From the sequence record MT586120.1: 64,000 nucleotides of DNA; one strand, written 5' to 3'. The position numbers and the translations under genes are program-made. The notes below the pieces were generated by a model. The model searched no databases. It had not been told where the DNA came from and worked only from the letters and a program-made list of their open reading frames with translations. Below are positions 36,040 through 46,221 of the stretch, piece after piece. How positions within the stretch are numbered: the stretch's first letter is position 1; every line of letters starts with the position of its first letter.

Positions 36040-37158
36040 ATGGCTAAGAAAAAGGGTCTATGGGATAATATCCACGCTAAACGTAAGCGCGGTGAAGCCC
36101 CCGCTAAAAAAGGTAGCAAAGACTATCCCGAGACACTAGATATTGGTGAAGGTATGAAGACCGCTCGCAAGAATGTGGGCGCTGATACTTGCTGGGATGG
36201 TTACAAAGCCAAAGGAACTAAAAAGAAAGATGGTAAAGAAGTCCCAAACTGTGTAAAGGAAGGTAAGACCTTTGCGGAGTTTTGTGCTGAAGGTAAGTCA
36301 CGTATTGAGACTGATCCAGATTATAGAAAAAGATTTAAGGCTTTAGCTGATAACTTTGCAGAAAAGCGCAAGGAGCAAACAAAGGCAAAGATGAAGAAGG
36401 AATCTGTAGAGATTCTTGATGTTGACGGGAATATGGTTGCTGAAATAACAGACCTAATTTCACCAGAGCCTATGAGTGGTTGGAAGCAGCAGATGGGTGA
36501 AGGTGCTATTGCTGATAGGATGAGAGCAAATCTCAAAGCCAAAAAGAAGGAATGGGATGAGAAGGGAGAGAAAGCCAAGAAAGATGGCTATGATGCCCTA
36601 GAAAAAGTCAAAAAGACCCAAGATGACCTTGAGAAGAGTGACTATATCCAAAATGTAGGTGAAGACTACAAGAAACTTCCCAAGCGCAAGATGGGAATGA
36701 AGGCTGGTAAAAAGATTATCAGTGCTATCGGTCACGCTGGTAAAGCTGGCGAAGAGGATGAAGGCACTATTGAAGACCAGATCCGTATGCAAAAGGCAGG
36801 TAAAAAAACTAAGCAAGCTGACAAAATCCATAAGACTGCCAGCAAGCATAGTGAAACTCTATCTAAAATGAAATCTTTGAAGAATAAGCTTAAGGGTCTT
36901 ACCAAAGAAGAGTATGTAGATGAGGCTGCTTGGACTAAAAAAGAGGGAAAGAATAAAGCCGGGGGGCTTAACGAGAAGGGACGCAAATCCTATGAACGAG
37001 AGAACCCCGGCAGTGACCTAAAAGCACCACAACCAGAGGGTGGAGATCGCAAGGACTCCTTTTGTCGTAGAATGAAAGGGATGCGTAAGCGCCAAAAGCC
37101 AGAGAATAATACTGGCGATGACCGTCTATCCCTATCACTTAAAAAATGGAAATGCTGA
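36040..37158 (+). CDS. Lys-rich modular protein (372 aa), probable internal head protein
   Basis: ORF track; modules such as CWDGYK.KGTKKKDGKEVPNCV and EAAWTKKEGKN..GGLNEKGRKSY...SL.KWKC separated by hydrophobic-X-E sites. Confidence 0.75.
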   Translation: MAKKKGLWDNIHAKRKRGEAPAKKGSKDYPETLDIGEGMKTARKNVGADTCWDGYKAKGTKKKDGKEVPNCVKEGKTFAEFCAEGKSRIETDPDYRKRFKALADNFAEKRKEQTKAKMKKESVEILDVDGNMVAEITDLISPEPMSGWKQQMGEGAIADRMRANLKAKKKEWDEKGEKAKKDGYDALEKVKKTQDDLEKSDYIQNVGEDYKKLPKRKMGMKAGKKIISAIGHAGKAGEEDEGTIEDQIRMQKAGKKTKQADKIHKTASKHSETLSKMKSLKNKLKGLTKEEYVDEAAWTKKEGKNKAGGLNEKGRKSYERENPGSDLKAPQPEGGDRKDSFCRRMKGMRKRQKPENNTGDDRLSLSLKKWKC

Positions 37159-37253
37159 TACACGCATTAGGGCATAAATGGTTCCTAGGACTACTATGCT
37201 ATGCACTTGTTATGATACCCACACTAGGTATAATGTACATTCACAAAGAATGA
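37152..37253 (+). CDS. 33-aa membrane peptide (MLIHALGHKWFLGLLCYALVMIPTLGIMYIHKE)
   Basis: ATGCTGA overlap with the upstream stop; hydrophobic; hand-translated. Confidence 0.6.
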   Translation: MLIHALGHKWFLGLLCYALVMIPTLGIMYIHKE

Positions 37254-37286
37254 TATATAATGCGTCAGTAATACTTCTTTACCTCA

Positions 37287-37364
37287 ATGGGTCATTTTTA
37301 CGAAGGCGCTGCCTGCCTATTTGCATTCATCTTTGTTCTAAATATTATTAAAGTATCCAAGTAA
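37287..37364 (+). CDS. Possible 25-aa hydrophobic peptide (MGHFYEGAACLFAFIFVLNIIKVSK)
   Basis: Fills the gap before 37366; weak SD; hand-translated. Confidence 0.35.
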   Translation: MGHFYEGAACLFAFIFVLNIIKVSK

Positions 37365-37365
37365 G

Positions 37366-37635
37366 ATGTCTAATCAAAACTACATAAGATATGATGAGAC
37401 TCCAGGTGATGTGGCTTCACCCCAACCAACTACAACTCCAGGTACTGTTGATCCGGGCAGTACTTGGGAAACCAAGCCATATCTAAACTTTAACGGCGAC
37501 TACGAAAGGTATAGTGATACCGCAGGAATCTCAACTGCACCTCAACCAACTCCAAATGGTGGGGATTATGTTAGATATAGTGATGTTCCAGGTGTTGCTG
37601 CACCCCCCGCACAGCCCTATGTAAGAACTCCCTAA
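37366..37635 (+). CDS. Small late protein with three Y.RY(S/D)..(P)G...PQP repeats (89 aa)
   Basis: ORF track; CTAAATA at ~37338-37344; followed by a terminator. Confidence 0.75.
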   Translation: MSNQNYIRYDETPGDVASPQPTTTPGTVDPGSTWETKPYLNFNGDYERYSDTAGISTAPQPTPNGGDYVRYSDVPGVAAPPAQPYVRTP

Positions 37636-37641
37636 TAAACT

Positions 37642-37666
37642 GCCCTACATACAGTAGGGCTTTTTT
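37642..37666 (+). terminator. Rho-independent terminator
   Basis: GCCCTAC-ATACA-GTAGGGC-T6. Confidence 0.75.
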
Positions 37667-37672
37667 AATGCA

Positions 37673-39322
37673 ATGGCTGATACACAGTATCTCGGTAATC
37701 CAAATCTAAAGAAGACTAATGTGCCTGTTCAGTTCTCAAGAGAACAGGTGATGGAGTATATTAAGTGCAAAGAAGACCCAATTTATTTTGCTCTGAATTA
37801 TATTAAGATTGTATCACTGGACCACGGTGTTATTCCTTTCAGGCTATATGACTTCCAGGAAAACTTGATTCGGAGTTTTCACGAGAAGAGATTTACTATT
37901 TGTAAGATGCCTCGCCAGACGGGTAAGTCTACCACTTGCGTTGCGTTTCTACTTCACTATCTAATTTTCAACGATAATGTTACTATCGGCATCCTAGCCA
38001 ACAAAGCGTCCACTGCGAGAGAGATTCTTGGGCGTTTGCAGTTGGCTTATGAGAACCTACCACAATGGTTACAGCACGGTATTATTTCTTGGAACAAAGG
38101 TTCTGTTGAACTTGAGAATGGTTCCACTATCCTAGCTGCTTCCACATCAGCATCTGCTGTTCGTGGTATGTCCTTCAACATTATTTTCTTGGACGAATTT
38201 GCGTTCGTTCAAAACAACATTGCCGACCAATTCTTCGCTTCTGTATATCCAACAATTACTTCTGGTAAATCTACAAAGGTTATTATCGTTTCTACGCCTC
38301 ACGGTATGAACCACTTCTACCGAATGTGGAACGATGCTGAAAAGGGGAGGAATGATTATAATCCCATTGAGGTTCATTGGTCACAGGTTCCTGGTAGGGA
38401 TGATGTCTGGAAAGAGACTACAATTAAGAACACAAGTGAAGAACAGTTCAAGGTTGAGTTTGAATGTGAGTTCATTGGTTCTGTTGATACACTAATCTCT
38501 CCGATGGCATTGAGGTCTATGGAGTATCGTGAACCAATCACAAAAAATAAAGGATTGGATATTTTCACAGACCCCGAGGATGACCACACATATGTAATAA
38601 CTGCTGACGTTGCTCGTGGAGTCGGTAAAGATTTCTCTGCGTTTATTGTTTTTGATACAACAACCTTCCCATACAGAGTTGTTGCGAAGTATAGGGATAA
38701 TGAGATTAAACCTATGGTATTCCCAAGTATCATTGAGAGAGTTGCTAAATCTTATAACAAAGCTCACGTTCTTATTGAAGTCAATGATATTGGTGACCAG
38801 GTTGCCTCTATTTTGAATTATGACTTGGAATATCCCAACGTAATGATGTGTGCTATGCGTGGAAGAGCAGGACAGCAGCTTGGAGCGGGCTTCAGTGGCT
38901 CTAAAACACAATTAGGCGTAAAGATGAGCGTAGCCACGAAGAAGCTCGGGTGCTCCAATCTGAAGGCTCTGGTGGAGGAGAAGAAATTAGAGTTCTGTGA
39001 CTTTAATATTGTCCAGGAACTAACCACCTTTATTTCTAGGAACAACTCATATGCCGCTGAAGATGGTTGTAATGATGACCTTGCTATGTGTATGGTTATT
39101 TTTGCTTGGTGTGTAGCACAGGATTACTTCCGTGAAATGACTGATAATGATGTCCGTAAGGAAATCTACAGTGATAAGGAAGGGCAAATTGAGCAGGATA
39201 TGGCTCCGTTTGGTTTCATTAGTTCTATGGATGATGATAGTAGCTTCGTTGATGCTCAAGGTGACCGTTGGAATACAGTTGATGAGTATGGGAGTATGAG
39301 TTATATGTGGGACTATAGCTAG
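37673..39322 (+). CDS. g17: Terminase large subunit gp17
   Basis: Walker A CKMPRQTGKST; Walker B IIFLDEFAF; nuclease ADVARGVGKDFS; NDDLAMC. Confidence 0.97.
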   Translation: MADTQYLGNPNLKKTNVPVQFSREQVMEYIKCKEDPIYFALNYIKIVSLDHGVIPFRLYDFQENLIRSFHEKRFTICKMPRQTGKSTTCVAFLLHYLIFNDNVTIGILANKASTAREILGRLQLAYENLPQWLQHGIISWNKGSVELENGSTILAASTSASAVRGMSFNIIFLDEFAFVQNNIADQFFASVYPTITSGKSTKVIIVSTPHGMNHFYRMWNDAEKGRNDYNPIEVHWSQVPGRDDVWKETTIKNTSEEQFKVEFECEFIGSVDTLISPMALRSMEYREPITKNKGLDIFTDPEDDHTYVITADVARGVGKDFSAFIVFDTTTFPYRVVAKYRDNEIKPMVFPSIIERVAKSYNKAHVLIEVNDIGDQVASILNYDLEYPNVMMCAMRGRAGQQLGAGFSGSKTQLGVKMSVATKKLGCSNLKALVEEKKLEFCDFNIVQELTTFISRNNSYAAEDGCNDDLAMCMVIFAWCVAQDYFREMTDNDVRKEIYSDKEGQIEQDMAPFGFISSMDDDSSFVDAQGDRWNTVDEYGSMSYMWDYS

Positions 39323-39396
39323 AAAAGGGGGGTCTAAATGTATTTTTTTATAAATATTTTTAGATTATTTCGGACTTTCATAGGGAGACCCAAAAG

Positions 39397-41583
39397 ATGC
39401 CTGTAAACTTAGCATCGCCCGGTGTTTTAGTTAGAGAAGTTGACCTTACACTAGGTCAAGTACAAACTTCTTCTAGCAAAACCGGCGCTATTGTTGCCCC
39501 CTTTGCTAGGGGACCTGTTGACGAGCCTGTATTAATCGCAAGTGAGAATGAACTACTTGATGTTTTCGGACAGCCATCTTCTACTGATAGACAGTATGAA
39601 GGTTGGCTAACAATTGCATCATACCTTTCTTATGGCGGTATAATGCAGGTCGTCCGCTCGGACAACGACAAAATTAACAACAGCTACGCTGGCGTAGCAT
39701 CAACTGATATTAAAATTAAGAGTATTGAAGATTATAACGCTCTAGCGTATGATGAAAATATTATTCCTGGATACACTGTAATTGCTAGAAACCCCGGTTC
39801 TTGGGCTAACGGTGTTAAAGTTGCTTTCATTGATGGTAGAGCAGACCAGACTTTTACTGGAATCGGAACAACATCTGCCCCTTCACTAGTTGAAGGTTAT
39901 GGTTTTACTCAACTAATCAGTAAGGTTGCTGCTGGCGCAGGAACAACTAGCTTGGTTGAAGGGGAACTAAAGGGCATCATTACTGGTGTTACTTCAACTA
40001 CAACAGACTATAGTGTAGACGTTAAGGTTCTATCGTTCACCCCAACTGGAGGCAAAGAGGTAGAAGTTGATTATCAGCAAGGGGGTACTTGGTCCTTTGT
40101 TGCTGGAAATTTTGATATCTATGATTCAGTTGGATTGGTTGAAACTGTTAACAACTCCATCTCCCCAAGAGATTGGTTTGATGATCAGGAAGTTTCACTT
40201 CAGAGTGGAAGAGTAAGCGTTCCTTGGAACACAATTGCTAACCGCCCAACAACTACTGAGTATGCACGTAACCGCAACTCACGTTTTGATGAAGTCCATA
40301 TCGTCATCTTTGATGATACTGGAGAAGTAACAGGTAATGCTGGTACTATTCTAGAGAAGAACATTGGTATTTCTAAAGGTAAGGATGCTGAGTTCTCTGT
40401 TGGCACACCTTCTTACTGGAGAAAGTTCCTAGCAAACACATCACGTTACCTATTCGGTGGCTCTGAGCCAGAAGGTGCTGTTCCAACTTCATTTGAAGCA
40501 GGTGGTAATGGATTCGATCCAGAAACCGGTGGTGAGTGGGATCAACAGATCCGTAACACCAGATTCTTCAGCTGCGGTAACAAGCAACTAATCCTAGAGA
40601 ACGGAACAAACTATGACGGCGGTACGGACATCGAACAAACTGGTGCTCTACAAGTTTCCGTAGGAGACATTGCTGCTGGTTACAACAACTTTGAGTCAGA
40701 CGATGAGACCAATGTAGATTTCCTACTAATGGGATCAGCTGCTTATAACGAAGCAGAAGCTCAATCACTTGCTAACAAGCTAATCTCTATTGCTGAGAGA
40801 CGTAAGGATGCCCTAGCATTCGTTAGCCCATATCGCGCATCACAGATCATCGATGGTCAAAGTGGCGCTCAAACTGTTATTGATTCTGAAACAATCACTG
40901 GTAAGGTTATTAGTTTCTACAGCACAGTTGCTTCATCTTCATACGTTGTATTCGATACTGGATACAAGTACATGTATGACCGCTTCGCAGACAAGTTCCG
41001 CTATGTTCCTCTAAATGGAGACATCGCTGGTTGCTGTGCTCGTACTGACCAGATTGCGTTCCCTTGGTTCTCACCTGCTGGTACAACACGTGGCGCTATC
41101 CTAAATGGTGTACGCCTAGCATACAACCCAACATTGATTCAAAGAGACAGACTATACTCTGCAAGAATCAATCCAGTTATCTTCTCCAACGATGTTGGTG
41201 GTATCACCCTCTTCGGTGATAAGACTGGACTATCCGCATCTTCCGCTTTCGATAGAATCAACGTTCGCCGTTTGTTCATCTATGTTGAAGAAGCAATCAC
41301 AGCTGCTGCACAAGATCAGCTATTTGAATTCAATGACGAAGTTACTCGTACCAACTTTGTTAACATTGTTGAGCCTTTCCTCCGCGACGTTAAGTCAAAG
41401 CGTGGTATTACAGACTTCCTAGTAGTTTGTGACGAGACCAACAACACACCAGCGGTCGTAGATCGCAATGAGTTTGTTGCTGATATCTTTATTAAGCCCA
41501 CCCGCTCCATCAACTTCATCGGTCTAACATTTGTTGCTACCCGCACAGGTGTTAACTTTGAAGAAGTTGTAGGAACTGTTTGA
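39397..41583 (+). CDS. g18: Tail sheath protein gp18
   Basis: LASPGVLVREVDLT; WFSPAG..RG; FDRINVRRLF; IKPTRSINFIGLTFVATRTG; TATAAATA 39349-39356. Confidence 0.97.
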   Translation: MPVNLASPGVLVREVDLTLGQVQTSSSKTGAIVAPFARGPVDEPVLIASENELLDVFGQPSSTDRQYEGWLTIASYLSYGGIMQVVRSDNDKINNSYAGVASTDIKIKSIEDYNALAYDENIIPGYTVIARNPGSWANGVKVAFIDGRADQTFTGIGTTSAPSLVEGYGFTQLISKVAAGAGTTSLVEGELKGIITGVTSTTTDYSVDVKVLSFTPTGGKEVEVDYQQGGTWSFVAGNFDIYDSVGLVETVNNSISPRDWFDDQEVSLQSGRVSVPWNTIANRPTTTEYARNRNSRFDEVHIVIFDDTGEVTGNAGTILEKNIGISKGKDAEFSVGTPSYWRKFLANTSRYLFGGSEPEGAVPTSFEAGGNGFDPETGGEWDQQIRNTRFFSCGNKQLILENGTNYDGGTDIEQTGALQVSVGDIAAGYNNFESDDETNVDFLLMGSAAYNEAEAQSLANKLISIAERRKDALAFVSPYRASQIIDGQSGAQTVIDSETITGKVISFYSTVASSSYVVFDTGYKYMYDRFADKFRYVPLNGDIAGCCARTDQIAFPWFSPAGTTRGAILNGVRLAYNPTLIQRDRLYSARINPVIFSNDVGGITLFGDKTGLSASSAFDRINVRRLFIYVEEAITAAAQDQLFEFNDEVTRTNFVNIVEPFLRDVKSKRGITDFLVVCDETNNTPAVVDRNEFVADIFIKPTRSINFIGLTFVATRTGVNFEEVVGTV

Positions 41584-41616
41584 TCACTACTACCTAACTA
41601 ATAAGGAGAAATACCA

Positions 41617-42213
41617 ATGGCAAGTACAAGAGTTCAGGTAGAATCCCCAGTATTGAGGACTATCAGCGACTTCAAAGCAAAAATGACTGGTGGCGGTGCT
41701 CGCCCCAATCTATTTGAAGTTGTTCTTCAGTTCCCTCTTTCAGCACCTACCGACACAGATACACTACAGAAATCACGCTTCCTAGTCAAGGCAGCTGCTC
41801 TTCCCGCTTCTAACATTACACCCATCGAAGTTCCCTTCCGTGGTCGTACATTGAAGATTGCAGGAGACCGCACCTTCGACACCTGGACCATTACCGTTCT
41901 AAACGACACCGACTTCGCTATTCGCTCTGCGATGGAGAATTGGATGAACACAATGAACCGTATGGAGAACGCCACAGGCACCCAGGATCCCGCTGAGTAC
42001 CAGTCCGACGCATATGTCTACCAGATTGACCGCGACGGCTCCACGCTCCGCACATACCGTTTCCACGATGTGTTCCCAACGAACATCTCAACGATTGATC
42101 TTAACTACGATACAACTGATACCATTCAGGAGTTCACCGTAGAGATGCAAGTTCAGTGGTGGGAAGCGATTAAGGGCACAGGTCCTAACGCAGGTGGTCA
42201 GGATATCTTCTGA
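41617..42213 (+). CDS. g19: Tail tube protein gp19
   Basis: GGGARPNLFEV; VPFRGR.LKIAGDRTFDTWTITV.ND.DF.IR. Confidence 0.97.
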   Translation: MASTRVQVESPVLRTISDFKAKMTGGGARPNLFEVVLQFPLSAPTDTDTLQKSRFLVKAAALPASNITPIEVPFRGRTLKIAGDRTFDTWTITVLNDTDFAIRSAMENWMNTMNRMENATGTQDPAEYQSDAYVYQIDRDGSTLRTYRFHDVFPTNISTIDLNYDTTDTIQEFTVEMQVQWWEAIKGTGPNAGGQDIF

Positions 42214-42235
42214 TTCCAATACAAAAAACGCACAG

Positions 42236-42261
42236 AGGATCCCGAAAGGGGTCCTTTTTTT
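42236..42261 (+). terminator. Terminator after g19
   Basis: AGGATCCC-GAAA-GGGGTCCT followed by a T run. Confidence 0.85.
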
Positions 42262-42309
42262 ATGCGCTAAATATAAATGTAAGACGGTATACACCCACTT
42301 TTTATTATT

Positions 42310-44046
42310 ATGGGAAAGCTATTTGGTTTTTCAATTGAAGACTCTGATGTCCAACGCCCCGGATCTATCAGCCCCGTCCCCGAAAATAATGCGGACGGTG
42401 TTGATTACTATGCATCTGGTGGTTTTGGTGGAGCTTATGTTGATCTTGAGGGTGTCTATAGGACAGAATATGAACTTATTCGCCGCTATAGGGAGATGGC
42501 TCTGTATCCAGAAGTGGACAGTGCTATTGAAGATATTGTAAACGAGGCAATTGTTAGTGACTTGTATGAGTCACCTGTTCAAGTTGAGTTGAGTAATGTA
42601 AACGCTAGCGATAAAGTAAAAAACATTATTCGCGATGAATTCAAATACATTAAAGAGTTATTGGATTTTGATAAGCGTTCTCACGAAATTTTCCGTAATT
42701 GGTATATTGACGGGAGAATGCATTACTTAAAAGTTATTGATATGAAAAATCCCCAAGATGGGATTATGGATTTGAGATACATTCCCCCAACGAAAATTAA
42801 GTTTGTTCGTAAACTTAATGATAAGGCAGCAACCAATGGTATGGCTAGTCAAGTATTAACCAAAAATAATACTGGTGGTCAGAATCCACTTGGACGTAAT
42901 AATATTTTTAGTCAAGAAATTGATGAATATTATGTCTACACCCCAGGAGCAAGTAATGTTACTGGATATGGTGGGGGTATGGGTAATAACTCAACAGCTT
43001 CTATCAAAATTGCTAAAGACTCTATTGCATATTGCAATTCCGGTTTGGTTGATAGAAATAATAATACAACTCTTTCTTGGCTACACAAAGCAATCAAATC
43101 CACCAATCAACTAAGAATGATTGAGGATGCGATTGTAATTTACAGACTATCACGTGCCCCAGAGCGCCGTATCTTCTACATTGATGTTGGTAACTTACCT
43201 AAAGTAAAGGCAGAGCAATATCTACAGCAGGTTATGAGTCGTTATAGGAATAAGCAATCCTACAATGCCCAAACTGGTGAGATGAAGAATGATAAGAAAG
43301 TGATGTCTATGCTAGAAGATTTCTGGCTACCCCGCCGTGAAGGTGGTCGTGGTACAGAGATTTCTACTCTACCTGGTGGTCAAAACCTAGGTGAGATCAG
43401 TGATATTGAGTACTTCCGTAACAAGCTATATGCTTCTTTGGGTGTACCTTCATCCAGATCACCTGGCGGTAGCGAAGGTTTCAATATGGGACGTTCTAGT
43501 GAGATTTTACGAGACGAGGTAAAGTTTTCCAAGTTCGTTGCTCGCCTTCGCAAGCGCTTTGCTGGTTTATTCAGCGATCTACTAAGGACTCAACTTATCC
43601 TAAAAAATGTTATCACCCCTGATGATTGGGAAGGTATCAAGGATAATATTCAGTATGACTTCTTATATGATAATCATTTTGCTGAACTAAAAGAAACAGA
43701 ACTCTTCCAAGAGCGTCTAAATCTACTAGCTCAAGCAGAACCTTATATTGGTAAGTACTACTCACAAGAGTATATCCGTAGCAAAATCCTCCGCCAAACT
43801 GATGGTGAAATGGAAGAGCAGGATAAGCTCATTGAGAAAGAGATTGCTGATGGTACTATTCCAGATCCATCAACTCTAGATCCAATCACAGGTGAGCCAC
43901 TACCAGCAATGGAAGGCGAAGGTGATCCTGCTGGTGCAATGGCTGATATGGCTGGCGCAGCAGCTGATATTAATGGTGCTGCAGGAGCTGTACCAACGGA
44001 TCCAGCACCCCCTAAGCTCCCCAAGAGCGGTGAAGGTGAAATCTAA
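42310..44046 (+). CDS. g20: Portal vertex protein gp20
   Basis: YRLSRAPERRIFYIDVGNLPKVKAEQY; MLEDFWLPRREGGRGTEISTLPGGQNLGE. Confidence 0.97.
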   Translation: MGKLFGFSIEDSDVQRPGSISPVPENNADGVDYYASGGFGGAYVDLEGVYRTEYELIRRYREMALYPEVDSAIEDIVNEAIVSDLYESPVQVELSNVNASDKVKNIIRDEFKYIKELLDFDKRSHEIFRNWYIDGRMHYLKVIDMKNPQDGIMDLRYIPPTKIKFVRKLNDKAATNGMASQVLTKNNTGGQNPLGRNNIFSQEIDEYYVYTPGASNVTGYGGGMGNNSTASIKIAKDSIAYCNSGLVDRNNNTTLSWLHKAIKSTNQLRMIEDAIVIYRLSRAPERRIFYIDVGNLPKVKAEQYLQQVMSRYRNKQSYNAQTGEMKNDKKVMSMLEDFWLPRREGGRGTEISTLPGGQNLGEISDIEYFRNKLYASLGVPSSRSPGGSEGFNMGRSSEILRDEVKFSKFVARLRKRFAGLFSDLLRTQLILKNVITPDDWEGIKDNIQYDFLYDNHFAELKETELFQERLNLLAQAEPYIGKYYSQEYIRSKILRQTDGEMEEQDKLIEKEIADGTIPDPSTLDPITGEPLPAMEGEGDPAGAMADMAGAAADINGAAGAVPTDPAPPKLPKSGEGEI

Positions 44047-44080
44047 TCTTCATAAATAACTCTATATTGGTTTTTTTATT

Positions 44081-44254
44081 ATGGCTTCAAACATTGTAGA
44101 TGCAATCGCATCAGGCTCTTCACCATCTGAAGTGACTCAGGAAATCAAAGACATTCTTTTCGCTAAAAGCAGTGAGAGAATTGATGACTACAGACACGCA
44201 GCTGCATCTCACCTATTTCAGGGACAAGATCAGACAGAAGCTGAAGAGGAGTGA
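44081..44254 (+). CDS. Small acidic prohead core protein (57 aa; position of T4 gp67/gp68)
   Basis: Hand-translated MASNIVDAIASGSSPSEVTQEIKDILFAKSSERID...; late promoter ATAAATA ~44052-44058; between g20 and g21. Confidence 0.75.
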   Translation: MASNIVDAIASGSSPSEVTQEIKDILFAKSSERIDDYRHAAASHLFQGQDQTEAEEE

Positions 44255-44298
44255 TCCTAATTCAAACTAATCTCATTCTAGAGTAAGCATTTACTAAA

Positions 44299-44949
44299 AT
44301 GAAACTAATCACAGAAGAAATTAACAAGGTTGAGTTTATCGTTGAGGAAATCGACGGTAAAAAGTCTATGTTTATTGAGGGAATCTTCCTTCAAGGCAAT
44401 CAAAAGAACCGCAATGGTCGTGTCTATAGGACAGAGACCCTTGAGCGTGAAGTTGGTCGTTACAACGAGCAGTATGTAAATAGTGGTCGTGCCCTAGGAG
44501 AACTAGGTCACCCCGATGGACCTACTGTGAACTTAGACCGCGTATCCCATAAAATTGTTTCTCTAACTAAAGAAGGAAACAACTTTATCGGTAAAGCTAA
44601 GCTACTCGAAACCCCAATGGGTAAGATTGCTAAAAGCTTGATCGGTGAAGGAGTAACTCTAGGGGTTTCTTCTCGTGGTATTGGCTCACTAACAGAAACC
44701 AAGCAAGGTTATAAGTTGGTGGGTGAAGACTTTATGCTTGCTACTGCTGCTGATATTGTAGCCGATCCTAGTGCCCCTGATGCGTTTGTTCAGGGAATTA
44801 TGGAAGGAAAAGAGTGGGTTATGGAGGGAGGAATCCTAAAAGAACACGAAGTAGATAGGGCTAGATCTACTATAAATAAACTAGTTGAGACAAGGGAACT
44901 CGAAGAGAAGAAAATTCAACTCTTCCAGAACTTTTTGTCCAATCTATAA
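44299..44949 (+). CDS. g21: Prohead protease gp21
   Basis: IEGIFLQG..KNRNGRVY; ALGELGHPDGPTVNLDRVSH; LGVSSRGIGSL; DIVADPSAPDAFV. Confidence 0.97.
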   Translation: MKLITEEINKVEFIVEEIDGKKSMFIEGIFLQGNQKNRNGRVYRTETLEREVGRYNEQYVNSGRALGELGHPDGPTVNLDRVSHKIVSLTKEGNNFIGKAKLLETPMGKIAKSLIGEGVTLGVSSRGIGSLTETKQGYKLVGEDFMLATAADIVADPSAPDAFVQGIMEGKEWVMEGGILKEHEVDRARSTINKLVETRELEEKKIQLFQNFLSNL

Positions 44950-45020
44950 ATCTTATAAATAATTGTAGATTTATACTGTTAAATCATTTACTCGTCGGTA
45001 GCAACTAATTTTTACAAGAC

Positions 45021-46166
45021 ATGGAAAACGTAGTAACGAAAGGTGCTAAGGCTGCTGAACCAATGGAAAAGGTTCCGACCAGCGTAGTTCCCGGACAATC
45101 AATCGCTGATCTCGGTGGTCCAACCCCCGAGAACTATACTAACGAACCTGACGGTCCTGCCAAGCTAAAGGATGCATCTGCACCCCTTAAGCAGGTTAAG
45201 GATGTAGTCAATAAGGGCGCAGCTAGTGCTGATGGCATGAAGGAAATTGTAGGAAAGTCCGCAATCCCTTCTGGCGAAGGCACAACTGATGCTCGTTCCG
45301 CTGGTTCACAAGCTGAAAAGGTACCCGCTTCTGTAGTTCCCGGTCAAACCCGCAAGGAAGAGATCGAAGCTGAAGGTGAAGTTGTAGCTGAAGAGGAGAT
45401 TTCTTCCGAAGAAATCGCCATGGCTGAACTAGACATCGAAGAAGACGTTACTGCACTTCTAAGTGGTGAAGAACTCTCCGAAGAGTTCCAGAGTAAAGCT
45501 CGCATCATCTTTGAAGCCGCTATCCGTAACAAGGTTGCTGTCGCCAAAGAAGAGCTACAAGCTGCATATGAAGAGAAGCTAACTGAAGAGCTAGCTACTG
45601 TTCGTACCAGCCTAAGTGAGCGTGTAGACGCTTACCTAGAGTACGTAGCAGACGAGTGGATGGCTGAAAATGCCATTGCCGTCGAACATGGTCTACGCAC
45701 CGAAATGACTGAAAGCTTCCTAAAAGGAATGCATTCACTCTTCTCAGAGCATTATGTCTCTGTACCTGAAGAGCGTTTCGATGTTGTTGAGTCCATGGTT
45801 GAAAGACTTGATGAAATGGAATCAAACCTCAATGAGCAAATTGAGCGTAATGTAGCTCTTAACAGCCGCCTAAGCGAAGCTGTTTCTGAGACCATTCTCG
45901 CTGATGTTTCTGAAGGGCTCGCTGAGACCCAGAAAGATAAGCTCGCAGCCTTGGCTGAGAACGTTGAGTTTGATAGTGAAGTAGGTTATCGCGGAAAGCT
46001 AGAGTCCCTAAAGGAGAGCTATTTCTCTTCAGGCAGTTCTGCTAGTTTGAGCGCAAGAAACAGTGTCGAAGACCTAACTGAGGAAGTCGGTACTCAAGAT
46101 ATTAAGCCTGAGTATTCATCTCAAATGGCTTCACTCCTAGAGCATCTCGACAGATTTTCTAAGTGA
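45021..46166 (+). CDS. g22: Prohead scaffold gp22
   Basis: LSEEFQSKARIIFEAAI; YLEYVADEWMAEN.IAVE.GLR; TATAAATA 44954-44961. Confidence 0.93.
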   Translation: MENVVTKGAKAAEPMEKVPTSVVPGQSIADLGGPTPENYTNEPDGPAKLKDASAPLKQVKDVVNKGAASADGMKEIVGKSAIPSGEGTTDARSAGSQAEKVPASVVPGQTRKEEIEAEGEVVAEEEISSEEIAMAELDIEEDVTALLSGEELSEEFQSKARIIFEAAIRNKVAVAKEELQAAYEEKLTEELATVRTSLSERVDAYLEYVADEWMAENAIAVEHGLRTEMTESFLKGMHSLFSEHYVSVPEERFDVVESMVERLDEMESNLNEQIERNVALNSRLSEAVSETILADVSEGLAETQKDKLAALAENVEFDSEVGYRGKLESLKESYFSSGSSASLSARNSVEDLTEEVGTQDIKPEYSSQMASLLEHLDRFSK

Positions 46167-46221
46167 ATTTTAGATCATTAGATCAAACTTTAATTTTTTT
46201 CACCTAAAAGGTATTAATCAA

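Noticed and set aside
37162-37265. 8-bp long-range inverted repeat ACGCATTA/TAATGCGT as an ncRNA
   Set aside because: The interval is better explained by the coupled 33-aa ORF 37152-37253; an 8-bp match in AT-rich DNA is weak.
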